From contig CAVSZB010000007.1 of assembly GCA_963732385.1 (NCBI GenBank), positions 1 to 64,000 of the forward strand: a stretch of DNA of 64,000 nt. The letters are read 5' to 3'. Position 1 is the stretch's first letter. Every line of letters starts with the position of its first letter. The notes below the pieces were generated by a model. The model was given only the letters and a program-made list of their open reading frames with translations, had not been told where the DNA came from and did not search any database. A program made the translations under genes and the position numbers. Below are positions 58,975 to 64,000 of this stretch, piece by piece. This stretch comes from an uncultured bacterium (GTDB taxonomy: Bacteria > Krumholzibacteriota > Krumholzibacteriia > LZORAL124-64-63).

Positions 58975-60444
58975 CTATGGCCGGTTGATCTGGTAGATGA
59001 TCGTGTTCTGCTTCGGATCGTCGGGGTAGGTGAGCACGTTCACGACGGTCAGGGCGTTCGCCAGGGGAGCGGGTGGAGGTATCACCAGCAGGGGTTTGAG
59101 CGCCGGCACGTGGTGGCGCACCTCGGCCACGTTCACGATGAGGAAATCGGCTCCCGCAGCGCGGGCCGCCGCCACGATCGCCTCCGCCGTGTCCCCCGCC
59201 GGGCAGGGCAGATGGCGGCAGTCGGCCCAGAACGGCAGGAACGGCTTGTAGTCGGCCACCAACGCTTCGCGTCCCACGCGCTCGCGCAGCCAGATGCCGC
59301 CGTCGCGCAGTCCGAAGTACGTTTCGGTGCAGGGCACGATCCAGCGTGCGTCATCGCGCGCGGCCAGGCCGAGGCCGGCCAGCGCCAGCGCGGCCAGCAG
59401 CGGTGCGGCCACGCGGGCGGCCGTGGCGCGGCCGGCGCGCCGGAGAAGATCGCGCGCGAGCCGCAGCAGACGGCGCGCGCCGTGAGCGGCGCCCCACAGG
59501 ACGAAGGGGATGAACGGGACCCAGAAGCGGGGCACCATTGCGAAATCGAAGAGGGGCAGCAGCACGAGCGGCGTCAGACAGAGCAGCCACGCGCGCGGCC
59601 CCGTGACGGCTCCCGCGACGGCCAGCAGGCAGATCGGCAGCCCGACGAGTCCGGCGAGCATCGCCAAAAAAATGACGGTGTTGTGAACGTAGAGACCGGC
59701 CATGCCCCAGCCCGCGTGCATCGCCCAGGCCCGTTCGAGGAAGACGCTCTTGCCGCTCAGGCCCCATTGCCCCGTCTGCGCGTGGATGAACAGAACGTAG
59801 GGCGCCGCGAGCAGGACGAGGCCGGCCCAGAAGGTCCACGGCGGGCGTCGCTCGCGCCGGAGCAGGGCGGCCGAGAACGCGGCGGCCATGACCAGCGCCT
59901 CCGGCCGGATCAGATAGGCAAAGCCGAGCACGAGGCCGGCTGCGAGGCGCCGTCGCGCCGTGAGCAGCAGGCACGCGCCGAGCAAAGCGCACCCGTAGCT
60001 CATCTCGGACATATCGCTCTTGGCGAGGATGAGATTCAGAGGGAGGAAGGTCAGGATCGCGGCGATCGCCAGGCTCCAGCCCCGGCCCAGGTCGCGCCGG
60101 ACGAGCCGGTACGCCAGCCATGGCAGCAGCGTGCCTAACAAGACGTTCGCCGCGAGCGCAGCCCAAATCGGCGCGAAGGGGTCGTCGAGTCCGAGGAGGG
60201 CGAGCGGCGCCGCGATGAGCAGCGGCCAGCCGGGGGGAAAACTGCTGTAGGGCAGGTGCCCGGACCGCACCAGCTCCCGCGCCTGCAGCAGGTAATAGGT
60301 TCCGTCCACGCTCGGCCAGGGGTTCCAGAGCGCCAGTCGCGCCCGGCAGGCCAGCCCGACGATCACCAGCACCAGGATCACCAGCCACAACGGCACGGGG
60401 TTGCGTCCCTCGCTGCGGTCGCCCGTCCTGTGTGTCGTTCCCAT
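58975..60444 (-). CDS. Polytopic membrane protein, probable GT-C (ArnT/PMT-like) glycosyltransferase
   Basis: DG..Y...A, PPGWP, MSE, L.RPE motifs and about 10 TM helices. Confidence 0.7.
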   Translation of the reverse strand: MGTTHRTGDRSEGRNPVPLWLVILVLVIVGLACRARLALWNPWPSVDGTYYLLQARELVRSGHLPYSSFPPGWPLLIAAPLALLGLDDPFAPIWAALAANVLLGTLLPWLAYRLVRRDLGRGWSLAIAAILTFLPLNLILAKSDMSEMSYGCALLGACLLLTARRRLAAGLVLGFAYLIRPEALVMAAAFSAALLRRERRPPWTFWAGLVLLAAPYVLFIHAQTGQWGLSGKSVFLERAWAMHAGWGMAGLYVHNTVIFLAMLAGLVGLPICLLAVAGAVTGPRAWLLCLTPLVLLPLFDFAMVPRFWVPFIPFVLWGAAHGARRLLRLARDLLRRAGRATAARVAAPLLAALALAGLGLAARDDARWIVPCTETYFGLRDGGIWLRERVGREALVADYKPFLPFWADCRHLPCPAGDTAEAIVAAARAAGADFLIVNVAEVRHHVPALKPLLVIPPPAPLANALTVVNVLTYPDDPKQNTIIYQINRP

Positions 60445-60575
60445 GCTCCCCCTTCGCCCGGGGCGATTGTAGACCGGGCGCCGCGAAGAGTCGTATTGAA
60501 ATCCACGGGCGGCGGGGCGATCGTGCAGGTCAGTCGGCCCGCCTGCCGGCCGTGAATTCAACTCCGGAGGTCGCC

Positions 60576-61094
60576 ATGCGAAGAATCGAACCGGCGGACC
60601 TGGACCTGAGGCCGTTCCACCTCCTCGATCGGGAGTGGGCGCTGCTGGTGGGCGGTGGTGCGCGGCCCAACCCGATGACCGTGTCCTGGGGCGGGCTGGG
60701 CACGCTGTGGCGGAAGCCGGTGGCGACGGTGTACGTGCGCCCGACGCGCCACACCTGGGAGCTATTGAACGGGCACCCGGAGTTCACGCTCAACTTCCTG
60801 CCGCCGGAGATGAAGCCGGCGCTGGACCTGTGCGGATCACGCTCGGGTCGCGACCTCGACAAGTGGCTCGCCGCGGGGCTGAGTCCCGAACCGTCGGCGG
60901 CGGTGTCGGTGCCGCGGGTCGCGGGGTCGATTCTCAGCCTGGAGTGCCGGGTGCTGGCGACGCTCGACTTCGATCCGGCGCGTTTCCTCGACCCAGGGAT
61001 CGCGGGGCTGTACCCCGCGCAGGACTACCACCGGCTGTTCTTCGGCGAAGTGCTGGCGGCGTGGCGCGCCGGCGCAGCGGTCCAGCCGACCTGA
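60576..61094 (+). CDS. Flavin reductase-like / flavoredoxin protein
   Basis: NPMTVSWGGLG..W, YVRPTRHT, CGSRSGRD.DK, YH..F.GE. Confidence 0.88.
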   Translation: MRRIEPADLDLRPFHLLDREWALLVGGGARPNPMTVSWGGLGTLWRKPVATVYVRPTRHTWELLNGHPEFTLNFLPPEMKPALDLCGSRSGRDLDKWLAAGLSPEPSAAVSVPRVAGSILSLECRVLATLDFDPARFLDPGIAGLYPAQDYHRLFFGEVLAAWRAGAAVQPT

Positions 61095-61120
61095 TCCTCT
61101 GCTCGTCCTGACGGAGCGAC

Positions 61121-62899
61121 ATGGCCCTGATCAGCGTCCATGATGTTGCGCTCGCCTTCGGCGGATCCCCGCTGCTCGACGGCGTCACCTTCCACGTGGA
61201 GAAGGGCGATCGGATCGGCCTGGTCGGCCGCAACGGCGCCGGCAAGTCGACTCTGCTCGCCCTGCTCGCGGACGCGGTGTCGCCGGACTCTGGCGGGGTC
61301 GTCCGGCGGCCCGCTCTGCGCGTCGCGCTGCTGCCCCAGGAGGTGCCGCAGGGGCTGACCGGCGTCGTGAGCGCGGTCGTGGCGGCGGGGATTGCCCCGC
61401 ACGCCGGCGAGGAGGCCTGGACCGGGGAGCAGCGGATCGAACAGATGCTGGCCCGGCTCGGTCTGCCGGCCGACGCTCCGGTCGCGGGGCTCTCCGGGGG
61501 CATGCTGCGGCGCGTGCTGCTGGCCCGCGCGCTGGCGGCCGTTCCCGATGTTCTGCTCCTGGACGAGCCGACCAACCATCTGGACATCGATACCATCGCC
61601 TGGCTGGAGGATTTTCTGACCTGCGAGGCGCCGACCCTGGTCATGGTCACGCATGATCGCGCGCTGCTGCGGTCGCTCGCGACCCGCATCATCGAGCTGG
61701 ACCGCGGCCGGTTGCTCGACGTCGATGGCGGTTACGACGAGTACCTGCGCCGCCGCGACGCGGCGTTGCAGGCCGAAACGGCGGCGTGGCAGCGCCAGGA
61801 CCGCCGGCTGGCGGAGGAGGAGATCTGGATCCGCCAGGGCATCAAGGCGCGCCGCACGCGCAACGAGGGGCGGGTGCGCGCGCTCGAGCGATTGCGCGAG
61901 CAACGGCGCGGGCGGCGCGCGCAGCCGGGCGCGGCGCGTCTGGAGGTGGCCGAGGCGGAACGCAGCGGCCGTCTGGTCGTCAAGGCCGACGGCGTCGATT
62001 TCGCCTACGGGGACCGTCCGGTCGTGCGCGACTTCAGCGCCACCATCATGCGCGGCGACCGCGTCGGCATCATCGGCCCCAACGGGGCGGGCAAGACCAC
62101 CCTGCTGCGGATCCTGATCGGCGAACTGGCGCCCCGGACCGGCAGCGTGCGGCAGGGCGCCGGCGTGCAGGTTGTCTACTTCGACCAGTTGCGCGAACAA
62201 CTCGATCCCGCGAAATCGGTGCGCGACAATCTCGGCCTCGACAGCGACACCATCACGATCGGCGGCCGTTCGCGCCACGTGATGAGCTACCTGCAGGACT
62301 TCCTGTTCAGCCCCGAGCGGGCGCGGACGCCCGTCGGCGCGCTTTCCGGCGGCGAGCGCAACCGGCTGCTGCTCGCGCGGCTGTTCACCCGCGAGGCGAA
62401 CCTGCTGATCCTCGACGAACCGACGAACGATCTCGACCTCGAAACGCTCGACCTGCTCGAAGAGCTGCTCGCTGATTTCTCCGGCACGCTGTTGCTGGTG
62501 AGCCACGACCGCACCCTGCTTGACCGCGTCGTGACCAGCACCCTGGCGGTGGGCGGCGACGGCACGGTCCTGGAGACGGTAGGCGGCTACGCGGACTGGC
62601 TGCGTCAGCGGCCGCCGGTCACGCTGACCGCGCCGGTGAAGAAGCCGACTCCGGAACGGCCGGTGTCGGACCGGCCGCGCCGACTCACCTTCAAGGAACG
62701 TCGCGAGCTCGACGAACTTCCCGCGGCCATCGCCTGCCTCGAGGCGGAGCAGGCCGCGGTTCACGAGCGTCTCGCCGATCCGGAGCTCTACCGCTCCGCC
62801 GCGGGGCTGGTGGCGGAGCTCCGGGAGCGGCTGGCCGCCGTAGAGGCCGGGCTCGTTGTCGCCTACGCCCGCTGGGAGGAGCTGGAAGCGCTGGGGTGA
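61121..62899 (+). CDS. uup: ABC-F ATPase Uup
   Basis: Two ABC cassettes, WIRQGIKARRTRNEGRVRAL linker, C-terminal Y.RWEELE. Confidence 0.93.
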   Translation: MALISVHDVALAFGGSPLLDGVTFHVEKGDRIGLVGRNGAGKSTLLALLADAVSPDSGGVVRRPALRVALLPQEVPQGLTGVVSAVVAAGIAPHAGEEAWTGEQRIEQMLARLGLPADAPVAGLSGGMLRRVLLARALAAVPDVLLLDEPTNHLDIDTIAWLEDFLTCEAPTLVMVTHDRALLRSLATRIIELDRGRLLDVDGGYDEYLRRRDAALQAETAAWQRQDRRLAEEEIWIRQGIKARRTRNEGRVRALERLREQRRGRRAQPGAARLEVAEAERSGRLVVKADGVDFAYGDRPVVRDFSATIMRGDRVGIIGPNGAGKTTLLRILIGELAPRTGSVRQGAGVQVVYFDQLREQLDPAKSVRDNLGLDSDTITIGGRSRHVMSYLQDFLFSPERARTPVGALSGGERNRLLLARLFTREANLLILDEPTNDLDLETLDLLEELLADFSGTLLLVSHDRTLLDRVVTSTLAVGGDGTVLETVGGYADWLRQRPPVTLTAPVKKPTPERPVSDRPRRLTFKERRELDELPAAIACLEAEQAAVHERLADPELYRSAAGLVAELRERLAAVEAGLVVAYARWEELEALG

Positions 62900-64000
62900 G
62901 GCACGGCGGAGGCCGTTTTCAACGACAGCGAAATCCGCCGCCGCGCCAGGTCCACCTCGATCACCCGCGCCATCACCTGCTGCTGCACCCTGACGACTTC
63001 GCTCGGGTGGCGGATGAAGCGGTCGGCAAGCTGGCTGACGTGGGCCAGCCCGTCCTGGTGGACGCCGATGTCGATGAAGGCTCCGAAATCGGTCACGTTG
63101 GTCACGATGCCGGGCAGGCGCATGCCGACCGCGAGGTCCTCGAGCGTGTTGACGCCGTCGGCGAAGCGGAAGGCGCTGAACTCCGCGCGCGGATCGCGGC
63201 CGGGGCGGGCCAGCTCGGCGAGGATATCCTGCAGGGTGGGCAGGCCGACGGTGTCGGTCACGTAGCGCGCCGGGTCGAGCGGGGCGCGGCGCGCGGAGTC
63301 GTGCAGCAGGTCGGCCACGGCGCAGCCGCAGTCGCGCGCCATGCGGGCGACCAGGCCGTAGCGCTCGGGATGGACGGCGCTGGCGTCGAGCGGGTCGTCG
63401 CCGTCGTGCACGCGCAGGAAGCCGGCGGCCTGTTCGAACGCCCGGGGACCGAGGCGCGGCACGTCGCGCAGCGCGCGGCGGCTCGGAAACGGGCCGTGGG
63501 CGGCGCGGTGGGCCACCACGTTCGCGGCGAGGGTCGGGCCGAGACCCGCCACGTAGGCCAGCAACGCGGCGCTCGCGCTGTTCACATCCACGCCGACGGC
63601 GTTCACGCAGCTCGTGACCACGTCGTCGAGGCCGCGCCGGAGGGCCGGCTGGTCGACGTCGTGCTGGTACTGGCCGACGCCGATCGACTTGGGGTCGAGC
63701 TTCACTAGCTCGGCCAGCGGGTCCTGCAGGCGGCGGCCGATGCTCACCGAACCGCGAACCGTCAGGTCGTGGTCGGGAAATTCGCGGCGGGCGAGTTCGC
63801 CGGCGGAGTAGATCGAGGCGCCCGATTCGTTGACCATCACGATTGGCAGCGTGGTCGGCAGGTCGAGACCGGTGAGCCAGGTCTCGGTTTCGCGGCCGGC
63901 GGTGCCGTTGCCGACGGCGATCGCCTCGATCGCGTGGCGATCGGCCAGCTCGCGTACCCGGCGCGCCGCGGCCGCGGCCTGGCCGGCGCCGCTGTGGGGA
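62863..64000 (-). CDS. tex: Tex-family S1-domain transcription accessory protein (5' end outside window)
   Basis: VNESGASIYS, SIGRRLQDPLAELVK.DPKSIGVGQYQHDV, C-terminal S1. Confidence 0.95.
   Translation of the reverse strand, partial: PHSGAGQAAAAARRVRELADRHAIEAIAVGNGTAGRETETWLTGLDLPTTLPIVMVNESGASIYSAGELARREFPDHDLTVRGSVSIGRRLQDPLAELVKLDPKSIGVGQYQHDVDQPALRRGLDDVVTSCVNAVGVDVNSASAALLAYVAGLGPTLAANVVAHRAAHGPFPSRRALRDVPRLGPRAFEQAAGFLRVHDGDDPLDASAVHPERYGLVARMARDCGCAVADLLHDSARRAPLDPARYVTDTVGLPTLQDILAELARPGRDPRAEFSAFRFADGVNTLEDLAVGMRLPGIVTNVTDFGAFIDIGVHQDGLAHVSQLADRFIRHPSEVVRVQQQVMARVIEVDLARRRISLSLKTASAVPHPSASSSSQRA

Overview
High-GC bacterial window. A secreted FG-GAP protein with an FlgD-Ig/T9SS-CTD-like tail suggests an FCB-related candidate lineage such as Krumholzibacteriota or Latescibacterota (inference). 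The left half (about 2.7-29.7 kb) is dominated by extracellular electron transfer genes, about 80 CXXCH motifs by manual count. It holds an MtrA/DmsE decaheme plus MtrB-like porin locus with two further multiheme cytochromes. It also holds a 12 kb minus-strand cluster: beta-barrel, CsgG-like lipoprotein and partner, SurA/PpiC-like chaperone, a 42-heme cytochrome, an NHL beta-propeller and two tandem OmcS-family hexaheme cytochromes. This looks like a cytochrome-nanowire assembly system outside Geobacter, with a candidate attenuator/riboswitch in its leader. Next to tRNA-Glu is a 56-aa bacterial histone-fold gene missing from the ORF track. The right half is mostly housekeeping: comM, murB, tonB-exbBD, mnmA, asmA, an S55 peptidase, tadA, six more tRNAs, SRP RNA, dnaX-ybaB-recR-mglBA-pgpA-cinA, uup and tex. 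The first ~6.3 kb is heavily frameshifted, most likely from sequencing error.
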